From positions 45,198,001 through 45,262,000 of the forward strand of contig NC_059434.1 of assembly GCF_021028975.2 (NCBI RefSeq): a DNA stretch of 64,000 bases, written 5' to 3'. The notes below the pieces were generated by a model. The model made no database searches and was not told where the DNA came from. It saw only the letters and a program-made list of their open reading frames with translations. The number at the start of each line of letters is the position of its first letter. Position 1 is the stretch's first letter. Shown one piece after another: positions 13,219 to 27,000 of this stretch. A program made the position numbers and the translations under genes. Source of the DNA: Sphaerodactylus townsendi. Lineage: Eukaryota.

Positions 13219-14999
13219 TTTGTGTGCTGGCACAAGATTAGTACAGGAAAACTGCCATTTGGAGAGCTTGGCTGGTTATAACAATGTGCCTCCGTCGCTT
13301 TTCTCGACCAGCACCAACTCTTTGCTTTTGTCTGAACTGCCTTGTATCCCTCACCCCCACTCCCAGTCACCATTACGCAGAACAATCAGCTTCAATAGAA
13401 GTTGATTAAGAATGTAAAAAAATTGCTGAAGGTCATGTAAAAATTCTGTGGGACACAAAAATGTCTGTGGGACACAAAATTTAACCCAGCTCTCCCAAAT
13501 CTCAAATCAGGTCAGAATCACAAATTGTTATGTTCCTCCATAGCTTTCAAGAATGTTGACAGCTGCATTTTCAATTATCATAACTTGAACCATAACATTA
13601 AAAGAAGTATACCCCAATGATAGATTTCAGTTGAGATTACACTCCTACTTGAAGAACCATCTATTTCAGGAAGATTTCAGGAAAAATTTACCCATCCTAG
13701 AGAAGAGCTGCTCCATGCCTGTCACTCTTTTACTTCTCTCTAATTGTTGCGAGTGGTGCACAGTAAGCTACAGATAACCTGTGGTTCTCCACTCTCACAC
13801 AATTGTATCAGTACTTGTTGGAATTAGCATAGCTCATCAGTTGGACCATGTGAACTAACCCCTATTATGTTCTGATAAACAAAATTCTCATACAAGAAAA
13901 TGGCTCGGCTGAATATAGCTTATTGCTTCAACCTAGCAAAACCCCTAAACTGGCACAAATGGAGCACTCTCTTTGCTAGCAGCAAGAGAAAGACTTTATA
14001 CACAAATACAGATAGCAACTGGAGCTTTGTGCATGTATTTGCACAGCCAATGTAACCATGGTTACCCGCTCTCTCTGCACACACAAATCCATATTAGAGC
14101 TATCACCTATACTTTGTATCTTTTTAATATAATGAAACATTTTTATAGCATCATGGAATATTCACAAATACTAACAACCCCATCCAAAGGGAGGAGAGTC
14201 TGAATCTGCTGGTGGGAGCAGTGTGGGGCTGTACTGGCAGCTTTGCCCTTCCCTGGGCGCTCAAACTAGCATCTGTGACTGGCTAGACACATTGTGTAAC
14301 AGACTTCTCTCTGTGATACACCTCTGAATATGCCAGCCACAAAGAGAGAGATACCATGGCAAGCCCTACAATCTCTTCGGTATTTGGCTTATCCCTGCCC
14401 ACTCTTCCGCTACTATTATGTCGGTGACTTGGAATTTCTGTTCCAGCATCTCAAAGTACTCAATAAACTGCTCCCATTGGGAATCCAGTTCTAACTTTAT
14501 GTGGTGTCAAATATAAATTGACTAGCAATAGATTGCAATATAGTCAAACCTAAGTACTTTTCAATCCCATTGATGTAAATGTGAGGAATTTAAATATATA
14601 GTTAACAAGTATGTACAGTGCAATCTTAACAGAATTGCACCCTTCAAAGTTCAATGACTTGATGGATATAACTATGCTTAGGACAGCACTGTCAAAGCAA
14701 TAAGTCTTAAAAGTGCTTGATCATTGTGATTCCAAATGCATGTTTTCCAGGTCTCATCATTTTATTTTTCTTGAGTCTTTGACTCAGCTTCTTTCTCAGT
14801 GTTGATCAACAATTGCACAGTGAAAATATCTGTGAACAAGAGATACACCAATTAAATTTTGAGTCCTGCTAGCTGTTTGGTAGATGATATGCTAATTATT
14901 ACTATTACAAATATTAGAAGTATGCAAAATAGTTATGATCCGTCAATAGTTATGATCCTCTAGTAGAACATCACTGCTGTGAGTATTAGCCTCATTTAC

Positions 15000-15133
15000 A
15001 GTAAGGCATATTTAGATTTTGGCAGCAAATGGAGACCTGAATGCTCAAATATAATGCTTTATTTTTTTTAAAAAAGCATTATATTTAAGCATTCAGGTCT
15101 CTATTTGCTGCCAAAATCTAAATATGCCTTACT
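15000..15133. repeat. 134-bp near-perfect inverted repeat (palindrome)
   Basis: agtaaggcatatttagattttggcagcaaat...ataatgcttt pairs with aaagcattat...atttgctgccaaaatctaaatatgccttact; 2 mismatches over about 60 bp, with a T/A-run centre. Confidence 0.95.
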
Positions 15134-15954
15134 TAAAAAAATGGATCTTCATGCCAATGAGAACAAACAACAGGAAGAGCTTATTGCAAATTAGTTCTGC
15201 CAAAACAAAGCCCCTTTGCATTATTTATGAACTATCCCAAGGTGGTTTAATTGGGGCAGAGATATTTTTCAAGTTTGGTCTCTCAAATGCTTTAAAGATC
15301 TGTATCTTCTGTTAAAATTTCCTAATGATAAAAGGAAGTTGCACAGTTATACTTGCACAGCATGAATTGAAACTTTATGCAGCTCAAAAATGGGATATGT
15401 AATATGTAGTTACAGCATTCCACAAATTATTTTCTGAAAATGTTGAAATAGAATGATTGCATTATACAAACAATCATTTGATCCTGACTTTGGCCTGTAT
15501 TTGAAATGTGTTATTTCAATTACTGCTATTCACTGCAAATTCATTCTAACATCTTTTGGCTCAGGGGCTGTGATTATTGAATTGATAATAATTCAAATGA
15601 TTTTCTTTGTGGCTGTTGGGAGCCATTATTTCTATTCCAGCTTGACAGCAAATCTAGATTGTTTTCATAAACTAGGCAGGGAAAGATTTTTGACAGGTAG
15701 AAGAGAAAAGTTATGTAAAAGAATTATTATTTTTTAAATCAGGTAGTTCCCCCAACAATCAAGTAGTAATACAGTGTATTTTTATGCAAGTGTGCAAGAA
15801 CCAAATAATGTCAAGGGTTGTTCACATGACTAACTGCACACACTGTGCTCTGATTCAGAAGGGGGAGGTGCAGCCTTGCCTACTGCTTGAGAGCCAGTGT
15901 GCTTGGTGATCATATTATAACCAGAGAGACCAAGCTATTCCTCTCTCAACCTTA

Positions 15955-16359
15955 GGCTGTTTCTGCATGGGCCATTTAGACCGGCATGGAGCCGGTAAAA
16001 ATGCCGGCTTCCATTTTGTGCAAAGCAAATGGCACCGGGTGGAAGCTGGCATTTTCCCTGTGCCAGCACAGATCCCTCTTACCTTGTCCCCCAGGCGTCA
16101 TCGCTCTTGAGAGGCCAGGGAACACATCTCCTGGACTCCTGCCCTTGAAGCGTTGACATGGCCACAGGGGCGTGTCCCCTGGCGTCTCCAGTGTGACGAT
16201 GGCTGAGAGACAAGGTAAGAAGGATCTCCGCCAGCGTTCCCATGCAAACGCGGCCCCGTGAGCACTGGGGCACCAGGGCCGTCGCAGGGCACCGTGCGAA
16301 TGACCCTGGAGAGGGTGCACTGGTGTCAACTATGCTCATGAGATCGTGCAGAAATGGCC
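15955..16359. mobile_element. PIF/Harbinger-type MITE
   Basis: TTA-ggctgtttctgcatg ... cgtgcagaaatggcc-TTA: imperfect TIRs and a TTA TSD. Confidence 0.8.
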
Positions 16360-16579
16360 TTATAGTGACTTTGGGCCAATTACTTTTCACCCCAATTGGC
16401 CTCATAGGCACAAAACAAAATAGGGAAGACTTAGTTAGTTGTACTGGTTTGATGATCTTGGACAGAAGGGCAACTAATACATAGTCTTCACTTCTCCACT
16501 TGCCTCATTGCAGTCACAAAGAAATACTGTATGTTTATAGCGCGCACTCTCTCTCTGCATCTCTCTCTGTATGTGTGTG

Positions 16580-16735
16580 TAAAGTTCCATGAAGTCACAG
16601 CTGACTTATGGTGACATCATGAGGTTTCCAAGATTTGCCATTGCCTTCCCCTGCAAATTCTTTCTTGGTTGTTCCATCCTAGTACTGACCCTGCTTTCCT
16701 TCTGAGATCTGACAACATTGGGTTATATTATACTA
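16580..16735 (-). mobile_element. Degenerate 5S rRNA-headed SINE (5S-Sauria-like)
   Basis: Minus strand tcagatctcagaaggaaagcagggtcagtactaggatgg resembles the 5S internal promoter region, followed by ggcaatggcaaa...ccataagtcagctgtgactt, a Sauria/BovB-like 3' end. Confidence 0.55.
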
Positions 16736-17548
16736 TCCCACAACCCAAATATTTACAAGTGATAAATACTATAAGTACTAAATATTTATAAGTACTAACC
16801 TGTACACCACACTGAGCCCTTCAGAGGAGAGCGGTTTATTAAATTGACTATATAAATAAATAAAATAAATAAATAAAAATGTTTTTATTATGTTTAGTCA
16901 GGCTCCTGCATTTTACATTGAGATGTGAGAAAGTAGAAAGAGGGACCTGAAAAGTAGCAAAAGTTTAGAAGTGGTTCCTGCTTCAAAAATTGCATGAAGC
17001 ATTGCCCTTTGATGTTGCTTTCTGAATTTGTTATGTTCTACTTTGAGGTTATTGGCATGATGATGGGTACAAACACCTTTTCTCATATCTGTTCAAGTAG
17101 TCCCTAATAGCTTGTTCACACATGCAGAGATAATGGACAAGAATGACCTTGATAACCACACTGGCAAAGTTTACTTAGAGACTAACTAGGTTAATGGAGG
17201 GTCAGGAGAACGGAATAAGTAATTGTTTCTCTTGGTTTCTTGGTGTTTATTTATTTTGGATCTATGGCATTGGGGTTCAACAAAAACTTTATGGGGCTAA
17301 TAAAATTCCCAACATTCTCAGACATGGGTCATGGTGCTTATATATTATGCAGAATACAACGGCGTGTTTATGAGAAGAATCCAAGCACTTTGCCATCATT
17401 CAACTAATTAAGCACATATTAAACCTTTAAAAATACTGAATACAAGTAGAGATGAGGCAATCAGAGCTTCAGATCCCTAAGGATATCTCCTACAGAAATA
17501 GACAACAAATTCCATATATAGTTCCCCCAACAATCAAGTAGTAAATCA

Positions 17549-17559
17549 ATATATATATA

Positions 17560-17595
<36 letters not shown>
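17549..17595. repeat. (TA)n(CA)n microsatellite
   Basis: Seen directly in the sequence. Confidence 0.95.
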
Positions 17596-17598
<3 letters not shown>

Positions 17599-19449
17599 GC
17601 ACAGTGTTTAATATACTGTTTGCACCAGCAGCTATTCTGATTAAATAACAATATCAAGCTTTTCTTAAGGGCCACTTTAGACTGCTGGTGGAGAACTAAA
17701 GTTTAGTATACACACAAGCAAGGGACCTGCAAGGACATAGGGGGAACATCTCGTTTTCCATTGTATCTCCTTTCCCCACTATTTCCTTTTCCCCTTCCCC
17801 AGCAGCCCCCATACTTTTCTCCTTTTTCTCCTTCCCACTATTCTTCCTACACACTAGCCAGGCTCACTTTATCTACTCCCCTGTCTTCAGTTTTTCATCC
17901 TTCCCAGGAAGAAAAGTCTGGCAGACTTGTAGCGTGGACGGCAGCCAGACTTTTCTGAGCAGTAGGCATTACCCAGGCTATGTGGTAGCCATTAGCATGC
18001 TAAGCTTGCTACTAGGGCACATTGGTTGGTATTACTAAACCAGGTGGGTTATGTAGTGGTCAATGCTGCCAGGCCAGGCTGGGCCCAGTTGTGGCTGTTG
18101 CTGAATTAACCCAGGCCTTGTTGGTCAGTGGTCACCATTGCTGGCTGGGAGCACTTGGGCTGCAGCTGCTGCTGGGATGAGCTCAGTTGTGTTACGGTTG
18201 CTGGCCTGTGTGGCCTAGCTGTATGGGTAATGAATCTATGGTGGTTGCCACTGTCCCTGTCCCAAGGAACTCCTTCTCCAGCAGAGAATATGACAAGGGA
18301 GGGACAGATAATGTTTTTCAATGTTATTTTGGCCTCTGAGGGTTCCCCATATGCAAATTTGGTTTGATGGCTACTGATGAGCCTTGTCAAGTTGTACAAT
18401 CATTTTGTACATACACTGGGACTTGGGCGACCATGTCAGTATTTGATCCCACACTTGCAGTCTGAAGTGGTACATTCTAGCAACAAGCACATCACAGGAG
18501 ACTGTAGATCATTTGTTTTGGCTCTGACACATTTACAGAACTCAGTCCCTGTGTGCATTTATTTTGTTCTTTTAGTTACATGTGGTTTTATACAAGTAGA
18601 CTTGTTAAAGACAATAAAGCTGTTAGAAGTCAGTATCCCTATATAAAATATGGAACATCATTCTGGTCAATAAACAAGATATATTGTCTCAGTGAAAAAG
18701 ATGAGAGGCCAGCAACTCCTGGCAATGAGAGAACATGACCTTTCTGTCTCTTTAAATAAGAAAATGCCAACAAAAATATGTGGTGAGATATTTTTTCCAG
18801 AAGCAAATAAACACCGGTCAATATGTGGATAATCCTGTCTCCAGACATGACCCAAAAGGACTGAAACTGGGGAAGAAGTAATCACTCCTTTGAACATTCT
18901 CTTCCTGTTATGCATGATTTTTTAAAACTAATTTGGGCATTAATTTTCTAATATCTACTTCTTGTAATTGAAAGACTTCTGTAGTTTCCAGAGTAGCCAT
19001 AAGTTTCCAATTCAGATTTTGTTCCCAGCAGATGGTGCAATGCCAGAAAACAGTTCTTACTCTGACTAAAAAGGTAGTCATGTTTTTTTTTATTGATTTG
19101 GATAGAAACTATGTGTATCGTAATACTCATTCAATGTTCCTTCATAATTCATTCCAACTCTGCTTCAGGGTTTTCAGGAGTCTTACAGAGAGTGAAGTTT
19201 TTCCACTGAAACACAAAGGGCATTTTTCACTGTTTCTGATAAGAATAATTCAGGAGATATTGTACTTATTATACAAAATTTATATTGCAGTGTAGTGACA
19301 AGATAAGATGTGCAAAGCTTAATTTATTGGAATGATTTCCTGTGGAAATTGATAACTTCATTTTATTCATTTCAAAGAAGGACACCCTGATGGGCTGTGG
19401 GGTTTAACAGCGCTTTACAGGGTTACCTACACTGCTTCCCCAAAACTAG

Positions 19450-19832
19450 GGCCGTTTCCGCACGGGCAAAATATGACGTCGTCGCAACGGAAAAAGAAGC
19501 GTCAGAGCGAGAGCAGTCGCTCGCCGCTAAAACGCCAAACCGGGCGCCAAGACGGTGTATTCAGAAAACGCTTAAAACCACTTTTTCCCCATGTGACGCG
19601 ATCGATCACCAAGACTCAGGCGTAACAGCCGCCACGAGCTGTCAGTCACAAATGGCGTCGGGCCTGCATCGTTGCGCGCAGGCGCAACATCGCTGAAGAC
19701 GCCGCCTCCGCAGCCATTTCTGCGGGGCTGCGGACGCCCGCAGCTCCGCCTGTCTGTGTGAACGCTTTTTTTGGGATGCGTCGCAATTTGCGACGTCATC
19801 GCGTCGCTGCTTTTGGCCGTGCGGAAACGGCC
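19450..19832. mobile_element. Young CpG-rich PIF/Harbinger-type MITE
   Basis: Perfect 16-bp TIRs ggccgtttccgcacgg / ccgtgcggaaacggcc with a TAG TSD on both sides. Confidence 0.9.
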
Positions 19833-21389
19833 TAGGTCTTAGGTTTAATGCTAATAATCGAGCCCAGCGGCCCAGGCCAGCCTAGATGTGTGTGTGGGGA
19901 GGGGGAGGGCGACTCTGTTTGCACGTGCCCACAGAGAGGGCTCTGAGTGCCACTTCTGGCACCTGTGCCATAGGTTCGCCACCACTGACACGCAACCTGG
20001 CTATCCTTAGCAGCCCTTTGCCACTCAGGACTCTAACCCACACTTCAGCTGATTTTACTGGACAGAAACAGAAGCTGAGGATTTCAGAAGACAGGCCTAA
20101 AAAAAAAAGAGGAGGACTGTGTGGGAAAAAAGACATCTGACTATTCTGGTCATAATACTTTGGTCAAGATCTCCACAAACTGAGCTAATATTGGAACCCA
20201 AATATGCAACATCTAATGGCAACATATTTACATAGTTGCCACAAAAACAGCCTTGGGAAATGGAAACTTAGCAACCCTAATTTTATCCAAAAAAAGAACG
20301 AGAGGAAAACACATCACACATTGACGTTTCTTTTCATCCGGAATCTCTACTTTGCAAACAAAGCATAACACACATTCTGTTAAAAACACATTAATATTAA
20401 AAATCTGTTCCTGTTACAAACACAGATGTTCCACCTCAGAGTTTCCTTTAAGCTCTCAGTAACTGTTCAAAAGAATAGTTTTCTTACTGAGTTGCTACCT
20501 TATATGATGATAAACACTGCATCCTTTACTAGGCCAACTTGACCTCACAAGGCCTTACTGCTAGCTAGTGTAACCATGGTAACTAATCTCATTGATTGCA
20601 ATCAAAGGAGCCATAATTGGAATCTGCAAGGAATTAGTTTCATTTCATGTATGAAGCATAACTTATCCTATTATTTTGTCAAAACTAAAAACACAATAAA
20701 TGTATGACCTACAGCGAAACACTACAAGAGTTTTAAATAGCTAGATATTCATGAAAAACAACTCTATGGAAACTCGGCTGTATAACGTATACAATAAGTC
20801 ATTTGCATTGTGGGGACATTTAATTCATATCATGATTTGTCGTCTTGCTCTCACAATAGAAGAAAAATATTATATTTAAGATGCCATGAAGATACGCTTC
20901 CCAACTAACTAATTTTTCATGGGAATCACTTGGGTTCCCCCACCTCTTTGATTTCTGGTTATTTGCCAGCTGAAGTTTTTTCATATAATGGAGAAAATGA
21001 GAGGAGGGTGACAGAGAAAGAGTCTAATTTGTGACTTACAGTGCAAGCCTTGGGAGGGGGCGTGAAAGGGACTTGGATACAGCATGGCAATCTCAGCATG
21101 AGATTGCACTGACGTAGGAAAGCTGGTGAAATGAAGGGAGGGACGGAGGTGTGCCTGGCCCTCACTTTCAAGCTTTAGGAGGCAATGAAAGACAGTTTAT
21201 TTAGCATAGCATTTGATTCAGTTTTCTCTATTTACTGTTTTAAATTGTGATTTTAAATTGTAGGTTTTTATGTATTTTATGGGTTTTTATATTGTAAACT
21301 GACTTGAGTTTCGTAAGATAGAAAGGCAGTTAATAAATGCTTTAAATAAATAAAAAATGATATAATGTACATATGCAAATTATATAGCC

Positions 21390-21536
21390 NNNNNNNNNNN
21401 NNNNNNNNNNNNNNNNNNNNNNNNNNNNNNNNNNNNNNNNNNNNNNNNNNNNNNNNNNNNNNNNNNNNNNNNNNNNNNNNNNNNNNNNNNNNNNNNNNNN
21501 NNNNNNNNNNNNNNNNNNNNNNNNNNNNNNNNNNNN
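21390..21536. other. Assembly gap (N run)
   Basis: Run of N. Confidence 1.
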
Positions 21537-21845
21537 CCCTCTCCCCAGAGGGCTCTGGGTGGTGTACAACATAGACAAAATAGAAATATAATTAAGATAC
21601 ATATAGGCTCTATTAAATTAATAACTAATGCTAAAACATACAGCATACAGCATTCTGATATGCAAGATATATAATATACGGCGTCTGACAACTAAAACTC
21701 TCACAGGAGGAGAATGGTGGCCCGGCAGATGTTATAGAGACCGCCACGGGACCACCAAGGGGGGGCGCGACTCAGCAGCCAGCCTCCCCAAAAGCCTCAT
21801 GGCACAACTCGGTCTTACAGGCCCTGCGATCCTGCAGGGCCCGGA
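21537..21845 (-). mobile_element. Probable L2 LINE 3' end abutting the gap
   Basis: ccctctccccagagggctctgggtggtgtaca and cctccccaaaagcctcatggcacaactcggtcttacaggccctgcg resemble the reverse complement of the squamate L2 3' UTR and ORF2 end. Confidence 0.55.
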
Positions 21846-22195
21846 CAGTAAGATATTTTGTTTATCCTACTACTGTTATCTTACTGTGCATTCCATTTTG
21901 TACCACAATGGGTAAATATCCTTTGTATCAAAACAAATGCAATAACAAATATATGTAGAAAGAAGGAGAGATTGGTAGCATTAATAACAGAAAGCAGAAT
22001 TATAAGGAACAGGTCAATAATATTTTGCTGCTTCTTTCCAAAAGATTCGACTTGCCAAATAAAGGCAAGGTTGGCAAAAGATTATCCTGAGGATACCATT
22101 TCTCCTCTTGTGCAGCACATATGAATTACGAATTAAAACATCCTTCATTTCCCAGCATAGCTTTCAAGTTTAAAAGCCTTTTTGCAAGACAGTTT

Positions 22196-22373
22196 NNNNN
22201 NNNNNNNNNNNNNNNNNNNNNNNNNNNNNNNNNNNNNNNNNNNNNNNNNNNNNNNNNNNNNNNNNNNNNNNNNNNNNNNNNNNNNNNNNNNNNNNNNNNN
22301 NNNNNNNNNNNNNNNNNNNNNNNNNNNNNNNNNNNNNNNNNNNNNNNNNNNNNNNNNNNNNNNNNNNNNNNNN
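22196..22373. other. Assembly gap (N run)
   Basis: Run of N. Confidence 1.
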
Positions 22374-23220
22374 TCATACCATCTGCAAACCCCTAGGAAC
22401 AATGTGATCTTTGTTCAGGGAAGTTTAGGAATTTGAATGCTGAGAACTTGGTAAAATGATTAACATGACCTTTCCAAAATGTTTCTGTTACTTTGCCTTT
22501 TGATTCTGATCTGTATTTCACAGGTCTGTAGATTTATGGAAAGAATACTTATTACCCATTATTATTACCCTTATTACCCTTCTGGAATTTTATTAAATTA
22601 AGAGCAACTCTATTTCATAGATGGCCTAGACCTTGAATTAACGTTTTGAGCATGTATGGGGAAACAGTTTATTTACAGGATCCATACCCTGGTCTAGCTA
22701 TGAACAGCCATGTCCATAAGCAAGTTTTTGTATCTATATCACTGGCTAGAACAGAAACCTCAGACATATACTATGTTTAAATACAAATGCACATCATATG
22801 AGTGTATTGCCTATCTTCATGTCATAGTTTCCAACTTTTGAATTAAGTGGGGATCAATTGGTCTGGCTGGCAGAGTGACCAGGTGCTGTGGTTCCTGGAC
22901 ACTGGGCCCCAACAGAAAGTGGGACTTCTTGAACTATGACTGAGTTTGCTGCACATTTTAATACATGTATATAAGAAATTATTAATTGCACTTCTTTCAT
23001 ATTTCAGATGAAGATTATCCAACACACTATTCTCAAGAACAGGTCAATACACCCATTGCCACAATATATAACTCTGGACTCAGCTAAAATCTGTCATATT
23101 TAAGTCCTACAGAAAGCAGTGGGACTTTGTCACTGTTCACTCATTTCATATGTTTGAATGGAATGTACAATGGCTTTCTTGAGATAGATCAGGGCCATGG
23201 TTTTTACAATATGAATTCTA

Positions 23221-24147
23221 CCGTTAATATACTGCAGTAATAAGTCAACCCTTTCAAGATATAAGTCGAGGCACCCAATTTTACCACAAAAAACTGGGAA
23301 AACTTATTGACTCGCGTATAAGTTGAGGGTGGAAAATGCAGCAGCTGCTGGTAAATTTCAAAAATAAAAATAGATACCAATAAAATTACATCAATTGAGG
23401 TATCAGTAGGTTAAATCTTTTTGAATATTTACTTCAAAGAAAAACAATAAACTGGTTCTGTAAGTGGAAAAGGCAGCCAACAAGAACAATATGGTTTCCA
23501 CAATAACTTTACAAAAAATCTTAGCTCAACCAGCAAACCAAGCTAAAACACAAGAGTTAAAAAATCCTTCAAAACTGGATTCCCTCATCATCATCTGTAT
23601 GTCCAAATGTAACTCCAACTTAGATTTTAAGAGGGATATTATCAGAAATGGAAAATCTACTTCATTAGCTCTCCCCATTTAGTAAACAATGGGGATGGGG
23701 CATCCCAACTTTGAGGGGTCAGCCATAACTTTTGGATCCCCAATGGACCCAAACTTCACCTCAATACCTGGCTGGTATCATAGAGAGACTCTCCTGATGA
23801 GACCATCCAGGTTTGGTGAAGTTTGGTTCAGAGGGTCCAAAGTTATGGACCCTCAAAAGGGTAGCCCCATCTACTAATAGCTCCCATTGAAATCAATGGG
23901 GAATGGGGGCACCTCTTTTGGGGGTCCATAACTTTGGACCCCCTGAACCAAACTTTACCAAACTTGGCTGGTATCATCAGGAGTGTCTTCTGAGGGTACC
24001 CTGAAATTTAGGTGCCGCTAGCATAAAAACTGCGCCCCCTGCTGGCCGGCAAAGTAAAAACACAAAACAATTTTTAATGACCCGCATATAAGTTTTTCAG
24101 CATTAAAAATGTGCTGAAAAATTCAACTTATACATGAGTATATATGG
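23221..24147. mobile_element. Tc2/pogo-type non-autonomous element with an internal ~200-bp tandem unit
   Basis: TA-ccgttaatatact ... gagtatatatgg-TA. Subterminal blocks are shared, in inverted orientation, with 6786 and 56155. The unit caatgggga.tggggca...ccataactttgga.ccc...ctggtatcat appears twice. Confidence 0.75.
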
Positions 24148-25854
24148 TAAATATTCACATAAGTACCAAGTAGTGCTTTTGCAACCTATGCTAGTTTCGA
24201 CTCTTTTTGAAATAAACATTTATTTTGTGGTTTTGGACAGAAAATACCATTTCAGGGGAAAGGCAAAACAGAACATATCCCATATTTTTGGCTCAATGTT
24301 CAGCCTTTAGCTTAAACAAACTAAGCCTCCATTTAAATTATTTTTATTTGCTGCAAGTGTGCCCACTTTCTAAATATTTAAGCTACCATAAAGTCTGCTG
24401 CAGTGCTTTGTCATCGTCCAGAAATTAAGATTTTTTGTTGATAATAATGGCTGTCCAATCAACTGCAGAATTTGGCCACATGGCCCCGCTGAAAATAGAA
24501 AACTGGGCATATGCCCATAGTATTAGGTTACTCTAAGCCCCATTTGCCAATAAAGTAAAAGCTGCTGTTTACCGTGAGGGAAATTATTCCCATTATTTAG
24601 GAAGAACATGAAGGCTGTAGAATTGATCCATTACCTTCAAATATTTTGTTACCCAAACATCTGGTTAGACTGAGCTGATGGTAATTCTGCTAACTAGTAA
24701 CATAGCATTGTGAAACTAATAATAGTGCTAGAGGTACTGAAGATATCTCTGTTCCTTCTTTTGCTAAATCATGCAATAAAAGACATGCTTCAGTCATCAG
24801 CAAAACCTGGAGAGTGTACAACTTAATAAATTAGATAAAGATGTTTGACATTTCTTCTCCATAATAAAGTGAAATAGTCATAAAAAACAAAGTATGGTCT
24901 CCCATGTGTGCTACAATTTTGCAAACTGGAGACTATGAAAGAAACAGATATAGTTTCATTCTCATTATGATTTTTAACTAATAATCTAATAATAATTGCT
25001 GGCAAAACTCTAGATTGCATTTCTGTAGATTAGTAAGTGCATCCCCTCTTGAAGCAAAACTTGAGTTCAAGGCAACCAAGGGACAGAATCAGAATTAACA
25101 AATTTACAATCAGTTGTGAAGCTTTACAACTTGGATTTAGTAAAAAGAAAAATATTTTGAGATCTTCTTTTTATGCTATATCTGTTCTGAAAGGAAATTA
25201 TGTTAGAAAATATAGGTTCATAACTACCTTTCTTTGTTGGCATCCTCGGGTTGAAATTGATCCAAAAACTTTTTCTTCAAGATTACTGTGTTTTCATATC
25301 ACTGATTGTTAAGCAGAAATAAAATATGGTGAAACCTTATTCATTCTCCACTGGAGTATTAAACTTTCAGAAACAGTCACTTTGAAATGAACTATATTAA
25401 GGCACTCAAAGTGCAAGACTAAACCCTCATCCCTCCAGTGGATGATTAATAGTTTTGTATGAGAGATAGGGCTGGCTAAGTGAAGAGTTCTGGAAACTGT
25501 GAAAAGGCTGTGGTACTGGAACAAATCTGTATTCTATTTGGACTCAGTCTTTGGTCTTTCCAAACTGCAGCTAGTGGAAGCCCTCCTTGTGGCAGCCACT
25601 GGTCCCCACCCTACTTGGTAGTGTGGTTATAGAGAAATCGGGTAAAAATGGCCATCATTCTGATGGTGATGTGGTGGTGATGTGACACAAAGGATTCAGT
25701 GGAAACTTTATCATAAAACCATAAGTTTCCAGTGAACTCTAAAACACCACATTGATGCAATGATGTCACTTTCTAGGTTAATCCAGAAGTATCAGTGCAA
25801 AGCACTCATGCTCATTTCCCCACATCAAATATCTGGACACAGATCATTTTATAA

Positions 25855-27000
25855 AAACAGTTGGCTGCACTGGTCCAGAATGCTTTTGCCCAGCTTTGGT
25901 TGGTGTTTCAGCTACATCTATTCCCAGGTCAGTTATATCTGGCCACAGTGATCCATTTCTTACTTACATTTAGACTGGACTATGGCAATGCTTTCTACTT
26001 GGGGCTATCCTTGAAGAGTGTTCATAGGCAGCAACTAATGCCAAATGCTGCAGCTAGACTACTGGTTGGGGCCACTTGCCGGGATCCTACAATACCACCA
26101 AAATTATACTAGCTTCAGATTATTCCTGAGGCCAGTTCAAGTTCTGGTTTTGACCTTTAAAGCCCTACTTGGCTTGAGATCAGGAGATCTGAAGAACTGT
26201 TTGGCTTGGGATCAGGGTATCTTCTCCCATGCATTCCTGTCCTAGAACTAAGATCACAGGGTGAGGTCCTCTTCACTGTCCCATCAACCAAAGAAGCTTG
26301 TCTGGTGGGTACATAAGACAAGACCTTATCAGAGGCAGCTCTATGATTATGGAACAACTCCACTCTCCATCTCTAGCAAGCAGCTGAACATAGTTTTGTT
26401 CATGATGGCATTTGATTTGTTCTTCTGCCTACTGGCAGTTTTAATTAGTAGGTTTTTATGTGTTTTACTATTATTTACACTGTAAGACACATTGATTTTC
26501 TCTATGGCTGTTTCTGCACATGCGCGAAAACGCAGATCCACCGGCATGAATTGTGCCGGTGGAGGCTTGGGGACCGTTCACACACTATTGTGCGAGCGGC
26601 CCAGCCGGAGAGGCAGCTCTGCACAGAGCCACCTCTCCGTCGGCCCCCTCCACTGATCTTCCTGTCCAGCGTCATTTTGGAGGGCTGCAGGGACCTGCCC
26701 ACGCTGCCCTCCAACCTCCAGGGGTAAGAGGGCAGCATGGGCGGGTCTCTGCAGCCCTCCAGAGCGACGCTGGACAGGAAGGTCAGTGGAGGCGACGGGA
26801 AAAGTGGCGGCGTTCTGCCTGCACTGCACCGGCGGAAAGACGCCACTTTGAAAAAAAAAGCGGCGGCTTCACACCATTCCAGGGCGGCCAGGACAGCGCT
26901 GCTGCAATGCAGCAGTGCCTCCTGTGCGAACAGCACCTGGGGTGCTGTATTCTGCCCGTGTAGGTAGAAAGATGGCTAATAAATGTTTTAAATAAATATT
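25855..27000 (+). mobile_element. L2 LINE 3' fragment; its tail is interrupted by a Harbinger-type MITE
   Basis: ATVIHFLLTFRLDYGNAFYLGLSLKS..QLMPNAAARLL matches the L2 ORF2 C-terminus. The tail resumes at 26961 (gaaagatggctaataaatgttttaaataaata). Confidence 0.8.
26506..26960. mobile_element. Harbinger-type MITE with an internal ~50-bp inverted repeat
   Basis: Begins ggctgtttctgcaca (same terminus as 15955). Internal cttcctgtccagcgtc..tggagggctgcagggacc pairs with ggtctctgcagccctcca..gacgctggacaggaag. The right TIR is not clear. Confidence 0.6.

Noticed and set aside
13445-13480. Short local tandem duplications (also near 14928, 28800, 30610-30710 and 36591)
   Set aside because: Ordinary slippage duplications of 2-3 units, not CRISPR-like or otherwise structured arrays.
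14290-14342. Penelope-like fragment resembling the start of a hammerhead ribozyme (cctctgaatatgccagccac)
   Set aside because: The core CTGANGA is mutated and the GAAA half is absent, so it is not a functional ribozyme.
21342-22436. ORFs containing runs of X
   Set aside because: Artefacts of translating through the N gaps.
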